DNA of 64,000 nucleotides from Eledone cirrhosa (lineage: Eukaryota): contig OZ024740.1 in the NCBI GenBank assembly GCA_964016885.1, positions 148,428,001-148,492,000 on the forward strand, read 5' to 3'. Positions 31,079 to 44,000 of this stretch are shown here, one piece after another. Within the stretch, counting starts at the first letter, position 1, and each line of letters begins with the position of its first letter. Position numbers and translations under genes: made by a program. The notes under the pieces are model-generated. The model worked only from the letters and a program-made list of their open reading frames with translations. It was not told where the DNA came from and did no database searches.

Positions 31079-31345
31079 CTTGAAGACACATCCCAGTCAA
31101 GACAGTTCAAGAGCCCCATCCGTGAACGTGCCTGCAAAGCAGAAGCAGGTTTGGAAAGTCACCTGCGTGCACACGATCCTGCAATATTCAATGGAAGGAT
31201 GGCACTCTTCCGACAAGCAATAGGACGTGTGTTTTTTCCTGCCAGCCACATATCAAACATATAGAGTATTCATCTGAGGATACCGGTCTCAGAATCAACA
31301 GCAAATGCATGAAGGAGATCTCGATTACATGGAGAATCGTGAAAC
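31075..31345 (+). mobile_element. Shorter copy of the same RTE-like 3' fragment
   Basis: Matches the reverse complement of 35605-35890 (ERACKAEAGLESHLRAH). Confidence 0.65.
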
Positions 31346-31894
31346 TAATAATAACATTTGTACTGCCTCTTCGCTTCCACCTTTTTTGTTTTCTGTTTAC
31401 TGTCTCCACTTTAAAAAAAAGAAAAAAAAAATATATATATACATATATATATGTATATATGCATTCATATATAGATAGCTAGGTTAAACAATGAAAGCAA
31501 AACGAATATGTTCCGTGCTAAATTATCCATTGTTCTACCATCGCTTCTGATGAGGAATGATAAGATAGATGTGTTCTGTCAAGGCCAACAATACGGAATA
31601 ACATAACTGCTATCGAATAGTCAATATATATCAATATTTTTATTGTTCTTTAAACCCTTTCAAACTATCGTAAAACAAAGGATTAATTTAGCATTGAAAC
31701 ATACATTTTTGTTCTCATTTTTAAACTATTCCGCTGTTCTAAACTGTTCTGTTGTTATTTGAATATTCAAAACATATAATAAGATAGAAGAATACCTTGG
31801 AAAAAAATACAAAAACAAAACAAAAGTCACCTTTTTCGATGAGATATTCATATATACGCTTCATAGCTTAATTAGCTATAATGATGATGATGAG

Positions 31895-31964
<70 letters not shown>

Positions 31965-32239
31965 GGACCTAAAGTGGGAGGTGAAAAGGATTTGGAACTG
32001 CCATGAAGTCAAAGTGATCCCGATTGTCATAGGCGCACTGGGGACTATCTCCAAAAGTTTCCAGGGATGGTTAAAGAAAATCGGCCCCTTCACGCTTTTT
32101 GGAACGCTTCAAAAGGCATGCTTGCTTGGAACAGCAAGAGCCCTCCGATACGTCCTGAATATCTGAGGCTGCAGGTAGTGGCTTGATATTCATTCCAACG
32201 GACTTTCCAGTTAACCAACATCAATGACTGAGATTCAAG

Positions 32240-32240
<1 letters not shown>
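31965..32240 (+). mobile_element. Short 3' fragment of the same R4/Dong family as 33491-35023
   Basis: Closely similar to 34753-35023 (DLKWEVKRIWNCHE..LQKACLLGTARALRYVLNI*). Flanked by (TAA)n. Confidence 0.88.
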
Positions 32241-32283
<43 letters not shown>

Positions 32284-32547
32284 CTTTCTTTATTAACCAC
32301 AAGGGTTTACATAAAGTAGACATTAAGGACAGTACAGGACAATACAGGACGGTACAAATGGGCATTTCTGCGTTTAAAAAAAACAGAGGATGTAATAAAA
32401 AATAACAATGAAAAATTCCCCAATAGGGGGGAGACTTCCGAGGGACATTTATGGAGAAAGCCCATTAAAAGGCCACAGTGACCCTGACCACCAGGGCAAG
32501 TGCCCTCTTCCAGTTTTCCACCTTCAATTTACAGACACATACTCAGA

Positions 32548-32548
<1 letters not shown>
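32284..32548 (-). mobile_element. 3'-end fragment of a Tx1-like LINE inside a (TAA)n tract
   Basis: The reverse complement ends CCCTTGTGGTTAATAAAGAAAG, like the other Tx1 3' ends, and starts near ..TAAATTGAAGGTGGAAAA, similar to the stop/3'UTR junction of the other copies. Confidence 0.6.
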
Positions 32549-32579
<31 letters not shown>

Positions 32580-32582
<3 letters not shown>

Positions 32583-33461
32583 GAAAAGCCTCTGTATGGA
32601 AAATACCCAGAAAGAGCTAACAATCCTGATGTTGACAAAACTTGGCACCTCTGGACTGAAATCGGAGACTGAAGGACTGACTGATTATATCAGCACAAAA
32701 TCAGTGTCTGCCAACAAAAAATTACCAAGTCAACATAATAAAAAATGGATGCAACCCATTATGCCGTGTATGTAAAAAACAACCATTGATCATATAATTT
32801 CAATGTGCAGTCCTATAGCTCCAACCGAATACCTAAACAGGCATGACAGAGCTGCACAATACATATATTGGATATGTAAGCATTTTGACCTGCTCCATCA
32901 AAAGAATTGGTGGGAGCATCAACCACCTCCCATACTTGAAAAAGATCACATCTCAATCTTGTGGAACTTTAGCATCCAAACAGAGCGAAAAATAGATGCA
33001 AATAGACCTGATATAATACTGAAGGATTTTAAAAAGAGGGTATGCCTGCTAATTGATATGTCCGTTCCAATAGACAAGAATGTATCTATAAAAACATTTG
33101 AAATATTGAGCAAGTATAAGGACCTGGAGATAGAAATTGGAAAAATGTGGAAATTTAGAACTAAAACAATACCAGTGGTTGTAGGCGCTCTGGGAATGAT
33201 ACCTAAGGGGTCTAATGATTACTTATCGCAAATCCCAGGAAACCCGCGTATAGGAGAAATACAAAAGATAGTACTAATGGGAACTGCCCATATATTAAGG
33301 AAGATTCTGTCAATATAAGTACATCACAAGTCTAAACACTAAAGATGCATGTGTGAGTATGTATGTTCTTTCTTGAACATGGCGGACCTTGTTGTCTCTT
33401 GAGGTCACTGGTTGTGACTTGGTGATAACTCGTATGAACATAAAGCAAGATAAATGCAACT

Positions 33462-33462
<1 letters not shown>
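32580..33462 (+). mobile_element. Second R4/Dong-clade family, 3' fragment in (TAA)n
   Basis: YLNRHD, ILWNFSIQT, NRPDIILKD..LIDMSVP..KYKDL (RLE motif), PVVVGALG. Flanked by (TAA)n. Confidence 0.88.
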
Positions 33463-33490
<28 letters not shown>

Positions 33491-33495
<5 letters not shown>

Positions 33496-35023
33496 GGAGA
33501 GCTTACCATCAACCACCTCCTCTTCATGGACGATCTTAAACTCTTTGGGAAGAGTGAGAAGGAGTTGGATGTACTTGTTGACACTGTCCGTATTTTCAGC
33601 AATGATATATGTATGCAATTTGGTATTAATAAGTGTGGAGTCCTAGTGATGAAGAGGGGTAAATTGAGCAGAAGCAACGGAATCCAGGTACCAACAGGTG
33701 AGATGATAAAGGAAATTGACACTGAAGAAGGATATAAATATTTAGGTGTTCTGGAAGCAGATGACACCAAGAACAAAAAATGAAGGAATTGATAAGATCT
33801 GAGTACATTAGGAGAGTAAGGAGTATATTAAAATCACATCTAAATAGTAGGAATGTCATAAGTGCAGTGGATTCCCGAGCTGTGTCTATTATTAGGTACA
33901 GTACGGGAATTCTGAAATGGAATGTTGCTGAACAAAAAGAAATGTATAGGAAGACTAGGAAGCTATTGACTATCTACAACATGTTCCACAAGAGGAGTGA
34001 TGTCGACAGACTCTACTTAAAGAGATCTGAAGGTGGAAGAGGTGTTATCAGCATAGACGACTGTGTTCAGATGGAGAAAAACAACCTGCACAAATACGTG
34101 ACTGACAGTAGGGAGCCAATGCTCAAAATTGTACTGAAGAAGAAGACAATTGACCAGGGGATGTCGAAGGAGGAAATAACAAGGAGGAAGAGCAACCTTC
34201 ATGAAAAATCCCTTCATAGTACCTTCTTTAAGAAAACTGAATTTAGAGATCGACAGACATGGAACTGGTTAAAAAGAGGAGACCTTAAAAAGGCTACAGA
34301 AGGAATGCTAATGGTTGCGTAAGAGCAGGCCCTCAGAACGAAGTGGGTGAAACACCATATTTATAAGGAGGAGGCTAGCCCACTGTAGGATCTGTGGAGA
34401 GAGATAGGAGACTGTGGCTCACATTGTATCCGAGTGTAAACACCTAGCCCAGACTCACTATAAAGGCTGGAGATATGATGTGATGGGCAGGGTGATCCAC
34501 TGGCACCTATGCAAAGTAAACAATTTACCACATTCTGAGAAGTGGTATGAGCATAAGCCAGAGTCTGTGATAGAAAACGATCAGGTGAAGGTGCTATGGG
34601 ATTTTAGGATACAGACGGACAAGAAACTAGAACACAATAGGCCTGACCTGGTGGTTTTGGACAGGAAAAAAGATCGTGCCTGATTGAAGATGTAGCCGGC
34701 CCATTTGACACAAGAGTGCAAGAAAAGGAGAGGGAGAAAATGAACCGATACCAGGACTTAAAGTGGGAGGTAAAAAGGATTTGGAACTGCCATGAAATAA
34801 AGGTCGTACCGATTGCCATAGGCGTACTAGAGTACAAAGAGTTTCCAAGGATGCTTAAAGAAGATTAGTCCAGCCCGCTTTTTAGATCACTTCAAAAGAC
34901 ATGTTTGCTGGGAACAGCAAGAACCCTCCGATACGTCCTGAATATCTGAGGCTGCAGGTAGCGGCTTGATATTCATTTCAACAAACGTTCCAGTTAAATA
35001 ACATCAATGACTGAGACTCAAAG
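33491..35023 (+). mobile_element. R4/Dong-clade non-LTR retrotransposon fragment (RT C-terminus, CCHC, restriction-like endonuclease) in (TAA)n
   Basis: INHLLFMDDLKLF, YKYLG, DVDRLYLKRSEGGRG, HIVSEC, HNRPDLVVLD. Contains frameshifts and stops. (TAA)n at both ends. Confidence 0.9.
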
Positions 35024-35029
35024 AATAAT

Positions 35030-35129
35030 AATAATTGTTTCTACTTTAGGCACAAGACCAGCAATTATCAGTGTATTACTGGTACTTTATTTTATCGACC
35101 CCGTAAGGATGAAAGGCAAAGTCAACCTC

Positions 35130-35130
<1 letters not shown>
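35030..35130 (-). mobile_element. 5'-truncated SINE in (TAA)n
   Basis: SINE tail and core only, flanked by (TAA)n. Confidence 0.75.
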
Positions 35131-35184
<54 letters not shown>

Positions 35185-35361
35185 TATAATTATATATATA
35201 TATATATATATATAAACGTAAAAAATGAAACGAAATTTCATTTCTCACTCTTAGTACGGCTGTTACTTAAATATAAGTATGTATACGTACATACATATAT
35301 GTATACGTATATGTATGTACGTATACACAGTTATATTTATATATATATATATATATATAAG

Positions 35362-35513
35362 TTTATCCCGGGTTCAATGGGTGCTAACCACAGTAAGGAA
35401 GGTACTCAATACATAGGACAGTATGAATATTTAATATAGAAATGGCTTCTGCAGGATTAAAACTGTTTCTCCAGAATGAAACAGTTCTAGTCACGTAGAA
35501 GCCAGTTCTATAT

Positions 35514-35520
<7 letters not shown>
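35362..35520. mobile_element. Family C fold-back insert; other copies at 10410-10530, 11340-11420, 20575-20733 and 28850-29020
   Basis: Tail CGGGTTCAAT..AACCACAGTAAG..GGTACTCAATAC, then arms ATATTTAATATAGAAATGGCTTCT..AGAAGCCA.TTCTATATTAAATAT. Confidence 0.7.
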
Positions 35521-35558
<38 letters not shown>

Positions 35559-35604
35559 CTAAATAAGATGCTGAGGTTACATATATCGTTTAATCATTAT
35601 AATT

Positions 35605-36245
35605 ATTTCCACGGTACTCCATGCAATCGAGATGTCCTCATGCATTTTCTGTTAATTATGAGAACGGTATCCTCAGATGAATAATCAATATGTTTGATAT
35701 GTCGCTGGCAGGAAAAAACAAATCTTATTGCTTGTTGGAAGAGTGCCATCCTTCCATTGAACATTGCAGGATCGTGTGCACGCAGGTGACTTTTCAGACC
35801 TGCTTTTGTTTTGCAGGCTCGTTCACGGGTGGGGCTCTTAAACTGTCTGTCTACTGACAATACCGGCTGGGGTGTGTCTTCAAGCATTCTACCAGGTCTG
35901 GTCAGTGCAATAGCTGACTTGCTAAGTACGACACTCAGTGCATATGTACCGTGGAGTGAGTGGTGATAGCACCATCTAACAAGTGACTCTATTTCTCCCT
36001 CCCTCGTATGATTTCAGATGGTTGACAAATCCTGCTCTTGATAGTAGACATCGGCCACATACATTGCACCTCAATACTTGCTGGATTTTTGCAGACACTG
36101 CACTTGGGTCCCGCTTACGGTGTGAACGTTTGAAAATAGCATGCTCCACTCGCTGTTTCTCAAAGACATCACATCCATACTTGATGATCATTCTCCATCA
36201 TGTACAGCCTTCATCCAGTCTCTCCTAGTTCTCCATATCAATATT
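35605..36245 (-). mobile_element. RTE-like LINE 3' fragment with C2H2 zinc-finger remnants
   Basis: LRCNVCGRCLLSRAGFVNHLKSY and ERACKTKAGLKSHLRAH. Interrupted at its 5' side by (TCTA)n and a Tx1 copy. Confidence 0.65.
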
Positions 36246-36257
36246 CATCTATCTATC

Positions 36258-36348
<91 letters not shown>

Positions 36349-36350
36349 AT

Positions 36351-37122
36351 GACATTCTGCCCGGGACCTGTGGACAATTTCCAGAAGTCCCTGGCCTGGC
36401 AGTGCTACCGAGAGGCTCTACCCGTTCGAGAAAAGCTCTACAGACACGGGCGCCCGGGTAGGGACCCCGCCAAAAAGATCTGTCCCAGATGCGTGTGCGA
36501 CGAGGAAACCGTTGCACACGCATTGGTACACTGCTCGGGCGTAGCCGATCTGTGGGGCTATGTCGAACGACTGCTATCACGGGTGGGACCCATCCGGTTG
36601 ACAACCGAGGCCATTGTAACGATTAAGCCGCCTCCCCCTTCAAAAATGAAGGAGAGGCGGTGTTTCTGTGCGTAATAGCCATGGTGAAAGAGGTTGTATG
36701 GTGGACGCGTCTGAAAGGACTCAGGTCAGGCACCTTTCTCTCTGGCCAACAACTGATCCGTTTCTTCTGATATCATTTCGGAAGAACGATCAGGATGGAG
36801 AGATAGGTGCTCAACCCCAGTCGTTTTTATGAAAGGTGGATGAAAGTGGCGAGAATGGCCCGTGTGAATGGGCCTTCTCTCTACATCAGCCTGTAGGTGG
36901 AAAAGAGGAAGGAACGAGGGAGCACCCTCTTTCTGTGCTCCTGAGGAGAAGGGGTTGCACACTTTTTCGGGGGTGTGTGCGACCCCCCAAACGCCCCCTC
37001 CCTATTGAGGACTTTATTGTTAATTTTATATTTGTTATTTGTTTTCTTTACTCGCCTTTTTGTGTAAACTCCCCCCACGTATTTGTCCCCTTCTTCTGCG
37101 CCCTAGTGGCAATAAATAGAAA
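36351..37122 (+). mobile_element. 5'-truncated Tx1-like LINE copy directly after (TCTA)n
   Basis: GPVDNFQKSLAWQCYREALPVR..CPRCVCDEETVAHALVHC; the 3' UTR is similar to 56070-56287. Confidence 0.9.
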
Positions 37123-37132
37123 TCTCTCTCTA

Positions 37133-37168
<36 letters not shown>

Positions 37169-37207
37169 TGTATGTATGTATGTATGTATGTATGTATGTA
37201 TGTATTA

Positions 37208-37818
37208 TGTCAGGTCACTAGTTGGTGCTACTGGTAACATGTATCCCAGTACAACCTGTCCCATGGTCGGGTCGTTGGCGACTAAACTGGCAACCCTACC
37301 AAGGTTTCTTGGTGAGGAGGGTGACTTTGGACATCCTGCGGGAATGAAAACAAAACCTGTCAAAGGGCAAAGGAGCTCTTAAGAGTCAATGCCCATCCAA
37401 AATCACTGGGAGAGATGACCCCTTAGCCTTTGTCAAGGCAGAATTCTAGGAGAAGGAAAACTCTGATATAACACCTGCAACCCTGATGGTATCCAATGAT
37501 GTTGACTTGTTCTTCTTTTTGGTAAATATCATCTTGGTTAAGAGAGTGGGACTGGCTTTGTGCAGTGCCTTTGCTCACTATAAAAGCTTCACGGCACAGG
37601 CATTGCTTTATATCTGGAGATCTCTCTGCACTTGTCGTCACATGGTACCATGGGCCCAGCACTATGTGTCAATAATTGTCACAAGTGTAGTGTTTGTACC
37701 AGAGTTTTCAAGTCGCTGGTTGGACTAAAAAGTCACACTCGTTCAGCGCATCGGTAGGGGTTCTCCTACATGGATATAAAGTAGTGGCCGTACTCGAAAA
37801 CGAGTTGGCAGCCACCAT
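37208..37818 (+). mobile_element. ~610-bp non-autonomous RTE-derived element (family E), full copy
   Basis: The 5' half has the RTE 5'UTR-like CTAGGAGAAGGAAAACTCTGA motif. The 3' half encodes a C2H2 remnant [18 protein letters not shown]. Flanked by (TATG)n/(TA)n. Five highly similar copies occur in the window. Confidence 0.75.
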
Positions 37819-37847
37819 ATGTATATATATATAATCTTCTATTAATT

Positions 37848-38584
37848 AACGTATTTAATCTTCTACAATTTCTAAAATGAATAAATATTTGAGAATTTTG
37901 TTGTATTTTACATAACTTCGCTCAGACTTTGTAAAGTTATAACATCATTTGTTTTCAGTCGTCGTAGATATTGTAGAATTCATTTTCTGGAAGACTGGTT
38001 TTTTCATATTATTGATCTTCCCTCGGGTACTTACCGTCTTTCTGAAATCGTCTGACATATAGATATATATTAACTTGTCTGTGTACGATTATAGTATTAT
38101 GCTGCAGCATTAAAAGAATGTGTATAGCCTACAGCAGGCCCCAAAGTGCTGCCCCCATAACAGTATCACCCGGGGAGGACCCCTCTAGCTACGCTACTGC
38201 ATATATGTCGACTCCAGTTCGTTAATCCTACGTATTTTCTAAACATAAGGAGGATGATATCCTCTTCCATTAATAATACAAATCTTCGTAAAATCAAGCT
38301 TTCGTTCGTATCATACGTTTTTCGTCTTAGAAAAGATAGGATGATTGTTTGTTTAGGCACATTTGGCGATGTTAAGCATGTCAGACGATTTCAGAAAACG
38401 GTAAGTACCCGAGGGAAGATCAATAATATGAATAAACCAGTCTTCCAGAAAATGAATTCTACAATATCTACGACGACTGAAACCAAATGATGTTATAACT
38501 TTACAAAGTCTGAGCAAAGTTATGTAAAATACGACAAAATTCTCAAATATTTATTAATTTTAGAAATTGTAGAAGATTAAATAC

Positions 38585-38587
<3 letters not shown>
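37848..38587. repeat. ~210-bp inverted repeat around a ~320-bp spacer
   Basis: 37848-38058 is the reverse complement of 38378-38587 with few differences. Confidence 0.88.
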
Positions 38588-38636
<49 letters not shown>

Positions 38637-38640
<4 letters not shown>

Positions 38641-39048
38641 TGGCTGCCAACTCGTTTTCGAGTACGGCCACTACTTTATATCCATGTAGGAGAACCCCTA
38701 CCGATGCGCTGAACGAATGTGACTTTAGTCCAGCCAGCGACTTGAAAACTCTGGTACAAACACTACACTTGTGACCATTATTGACACATAGTGCAGGGCC
38801 CATGGTACCATGTGATGACAAGTGCAGAGAGATCTCCAGATATAAAGCAATGCCTGTGCTGTGAAGCTTTTATAGTGAGCAAAGGCACTGCACAAAGCCA
38901 GTCCCACTCTCTTAACCAAGATGATATTTACCAAAAAGAAGAACAGGTCAACATCATTGGATACCATCAGGGTTGCAGGTGTTATATCAGAGTTTTCCTT
39001 CTCCTAGAATTCTGCCTTGACAAAGGCTAAGGGGTCATCTCTCCCGGT
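38637..39048 (-). mobile_element. Family E 5'-truncated copy
   Basis: Reverse complement of roughly 37405-37818. Confidence 0.8.
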
Positions 39049-39815
39049 ATATACATGTATATATACATACATGTATATATACAAATATATATACACACAT
39101 GCACACATACATACATATACATACATACATATATATATACATACATACATACATATACATACATACATACACATATACATACATACACACATACATACAT
39201 ACACATATACATACATACATACATATATACATATACATACATATACATACATACATATACACATATACATACATACATATACATACATACATACATACAT
39301 ACACACATATATACATACATATACATATACATACATATACATATACATACATATACATATACATACACATACACATACATACATACACATACATACACAT
39401 ATATACATACATACATACATACATATACATACATACACATACATATACACATATACATACATACACATACACATATACATATACATACATACACATACAC
39501 ATATACATATACATACATACATATACATACATACACATACATATACATACATATATACATATACATACATATACATACACATATACATATACATACATAC
39601 ATATATACATACATATATACACATATACATACATATACACACACATACATATACATACATATACATACATACATACATATACATACACATACATACATAC
39701 ATACATATACATACATACATATACACACACATACATACATACATATATATACACATACATACATATATATACATACATACATATATATACACATACATAC
39801 ATATATATACATACA

Positions 39816-39849
<34 letters not shown>

Positions 39850-39958
39850 CACATACATACATACATACATATACATACATACATACATATACATACATAC
39901 ATACACATAGATACACACATATATACATACATACATACATATATATACATACATACAT
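39049..39958. repeat. ~900-bp degenerate (TACA)/(TA)/(CA) microsatellite between two family E copies
   Basis: Direct inspection; it is the source of the long spurious M/Y/V/C ORFs. Confidence 0.95.
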
Positions 39959-40566
39959 ATGGTGGCTGCCAACTCGTTTTCGAGTACGGCCACTACTTTA
40001 TATCCATGTAGGAGAACCCCTACCGATGCGCTGAACGAGTGTGACTTTTTAGTCCAGCCAGCGACTTGAAAACTCTGGTACAAACACTACACTTGTGACA
40101 ATTACTGACACATAGTGCTGGGCCCATGGTACCATGTGACGACAAGTGCAGAGAGATCTCCAGATATAAAGCAATGCCTGTGCCGTGAAGCTTTTATAGT
40201 GAGCAAAGGCACTGCACAAAGCCAGTCCCACTCTCTTAACCAAGATGATATTTACCAAAAAGAAGAACAAGTCAACATCATTGGATACCATCAGGGTTGC
40301 AGGTGTTATATCAGAGTTTTCCTTCTCCTAGAATTCTGCCTTGACAAAGGCTAAGGGGTCATCTCTCCCGGTGATTTTGGATGGCCATTGACTCTTAAGA
40401 GCTCCTTTGCCCTTTGACAGGTTTTGTTTTTAGTCCTGCAGGATGTCCAAAGTCACCCTCCTCACCAAGAAACCTTGGTGGGGTTGCCAGTTTAGTCGCC
40501 AACGACCCGACCATGGGACAGGTTGTACTGGGATACATGTTACCAGTAGCACCAACTGGTGACCTG

Positions 40567-40569
<3 letters not shown>
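39959..40569 (-). mobile_element. Family E full copy
   Basis: Reverse complement of 37208-37818 with few substitutions; same two termini. Confidence 0.8.
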
Positions 40570-40598
<29 letters not shown>

Positions 40599-40620
40599 AT
40601 ATATACATATATATACATAC

Positions 40621-40920
<300 letters not shown>

Positions 40921-40991
40921 ATATATATATATATATATATATAGTATTACTTCAAAATATTAATAAATATAGACATTCATGTGATCAAATA

Positions 40992-41057
40992 TATTATATT
41001 ATACATATTTCAGAGGTACTGAGCTATTTCATCAGTACGTCCTCATCAGATAAAATA
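40992..41057 (-). ncRNA. Hammerhead ribozyme motif (family B)
   Basis: UAUUUUAU CUGAUGA [GGACGUACUGA..UCAGUACCUCU] GAAA UAUGUA UA^AUAUAAUA. Confidence 0.8.
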
Positions 41058-41252
41058 AATTGATGTCTAACATACCTCAACTGTGCTGATGTTTCAATTC
41101 CAGTCTTGGCAAGACTGGAATAATATTTTGAAGTAATATTAATAATTCCAGAAAACCTCACTGTTGAGTGCTTCTAATCTATTGTAAAACTTTATTCATT
41201 GATTAATCAATGAACCTTGTTAAATTTTTGATTATATATATATATATTCAAG

Positions 41253-41324
<72 letters not shown>

Positions 41325-42032
41325 AACCATATGTATATTCTGTGGGTGACTGGGGACTGTAAACTGAAGGGCTGCCCCGGGCGGCACACACTCTAGCCAC
41401 ATCAATGCATACACAACAGAAACCTTTAAATTTATGACCCTATACTAATTTTAAAAAAAATAACACTTATTTTGCAGCTTTGTGGCAAATTGTGCCGGAC
41501 ATTGTTCCCGTAAAAGTTTAAAGCAATATATTACAAAGGCAAGGGGATACATTACAATTATATAATACAAGAACACTTTTTAATAAGTTTTCGGTAATCA
41601 AACCGATATCGTTATATTTACTGATGAATTTTTAATTTTATTGGATGAATGATATGAATTTAATTACTAGCGCCTAAATACTGTCATTAATTTTTAATTG
41701 ATATAAATTTAATCAAATTATACCGTTCGGTAAAAACAAAGTCAAGAACTGCAAAATAACTATCAATTTTATATAATATGCCAAATTAAATAAGGAAATG
41801 TCACCAATTTCCGAACGAAATATATTTGTTCACAATTATTGATTAGGACTGGGACATATTATGATGGAAGTATATATAAAACATAATGAAAACATAAAAA
41901 TGATACGACAAAAATAACAAAATATTTGAGTTGAATTCTGACATGCAGTAATATAGAAAATTTCATTCGTATATATATTGTCCTGCGCAATTATAATATA
42001 CATATATACATACGTACACAGACACACACACA

Positions 42033-42142
<110 letters not shown>

Positions 42143-42600
42143 ATTATATTTATCTACATATAAATATACATGGATATGTATTTATTAATATTTATATACA
42201 CGCACATGCATATATACATGCATACATACATGTATACATACATACATATATACATACATATATACGTATATATCGGATCAGTGGTAATCAAACATTTTTT
42301 TACACATTAAAATAAGTAATTACACATATTGACAGAACATAAAGTAGAAGTATAAAAAATCAAAAATACAGAAAAACTATTTGTACTTGCTTCTTTTGTG
42401 AATAAATGGGGAATACATTTTATCAATGAGAAACAGAGGCTTGCTGATTTTTTAGCAACGTTTTCTTTCTTAGTTTTACCCACTTTGACTTTTATGTTAT
42501 GGACGATTTCCACGATTTACAGTTTGTAATTTTCAAATAGTAAGTTACCTTTTCGAAGCGCTGCGGTGAACTGAGGCACATTGGGACAGTTGGTGTTGAT

Positions 42601-42700
42601 CAGAGGTTCTCAAAGTGGGAGCTACCGCCCCTCTGGGGAGTTTAGAAGGTCCAGGGGGTGCTGTAACTCAAGGAGGGTGGGTGTTGCGGTAGAGATGATA
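42601..42700 (+). mobile_element. hAT (Charlie-like) terminal remnant
   Basis: CAGAGGTTCTCAAAGTGGG resembles the CAGTGGTTCTCAAAGTG terminus. Confidence 0.4.
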
Positions 42701-43221
42701 TAAAAGTTTATTAATTATCAAATGATACATATTATATATAAATATAGTAAAATAAAAAGTATATGATATTTATTTATACATGCTATATGTTATATTATTT
42801 ATACATGCTATATGTTGTTATATATAAATGTATTATTTATTATATATAAATTAATAATTCTATTTATTATATATTATTTATAATTTGAATGTAGGCAGGT
42901 CTCTCTGGAAATAGGGTTGTGGGGCGCTGAGGGTATTATGTGTACCTCTGATGTAGATGATGGTCATATATATAGATGAATGTGATAAAGAAATCGTAGA
43001 CATTATTCACATATAATCTTTCATATATATACATAGAAAAATAGCGCACCCCACATGTGTAGAGACAGTATTATTTCTTTGTATGGTCGAATACAATTTT
43101 GCTTATATAAAAATCACTTTGATAATATAAGCTATATAGCAAAACTACGATTTTACTCAAATAAATTAATCTCCCTGTATAAATATGTTCTCTCTTCCCG
43201 CTCTCACCATCTTTCTCTCTA

Positions 43222-43378
<157 letters not shown>

Positions 43379-43400
43379 ATATATATGCATAGATAGATAG

Positions 43401-43438
<38 letters not shown>

Positions 43439-43689
43439 GTGTGTTAGTCCGCTTACTGTTTCTTTACGTTGCGTGACTAGAGGTTCGACAACATCCCTTG
43501 AAGGTCGTGATTTAGTATGCCAGTAGACAGGGTGAAATATCCTCTTTTTTTTTAATACCGAAATTGTGGTGATACCCTGCAGACAGCCAATACTAAACGG
43601 TTGTGTCTTTTCTCCGATCGATTTCCCAATGTCTGTTCCCGTTGTCTCTTTTCCCATTCTCTTTAGATATTTACACACACACGCAAACA

Positions 43690-44000
43690 CACATCTTCAT
43701 AATTTTCATATTACGTTCTCTCTTCATTGCTGCATGGGTTAGACATGTCTTATTCAGAACGGCATCTACCTACTCGTCCCATTCCTATAGCAGTCGATTG
43801 CTTTTTTGAGCATCAGCGATTTGACATCATCATTTACCACCATCACCAGGCCTTCTTTAATCATCTACTGCGGCTTTCTTTCATTTGGATTTCTTGGCAC
43901 TTCATCCAGCGATAACCATCCATATGCATCACATGTTCATACCAGCGCTGTTTTCACTCTTGCAAACTGATTTATCTTATACCTAGTTTCTTAATTTCTT
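43690..44000 (-). mobile_element. Old, degenerate RTE LINE 3' fragment
   Basis: The reverse strand reads KLGIR*..QRWYEHVMHMDG, resembling RTE RWYGHVMRM. Many stops. Confidence 0.5.

Noticed and set aside
31540-31620. CTGATGAG in a weak inverted-repeat insert
   Set aside because: I could not find a matching GAAA, stem III or stem I.
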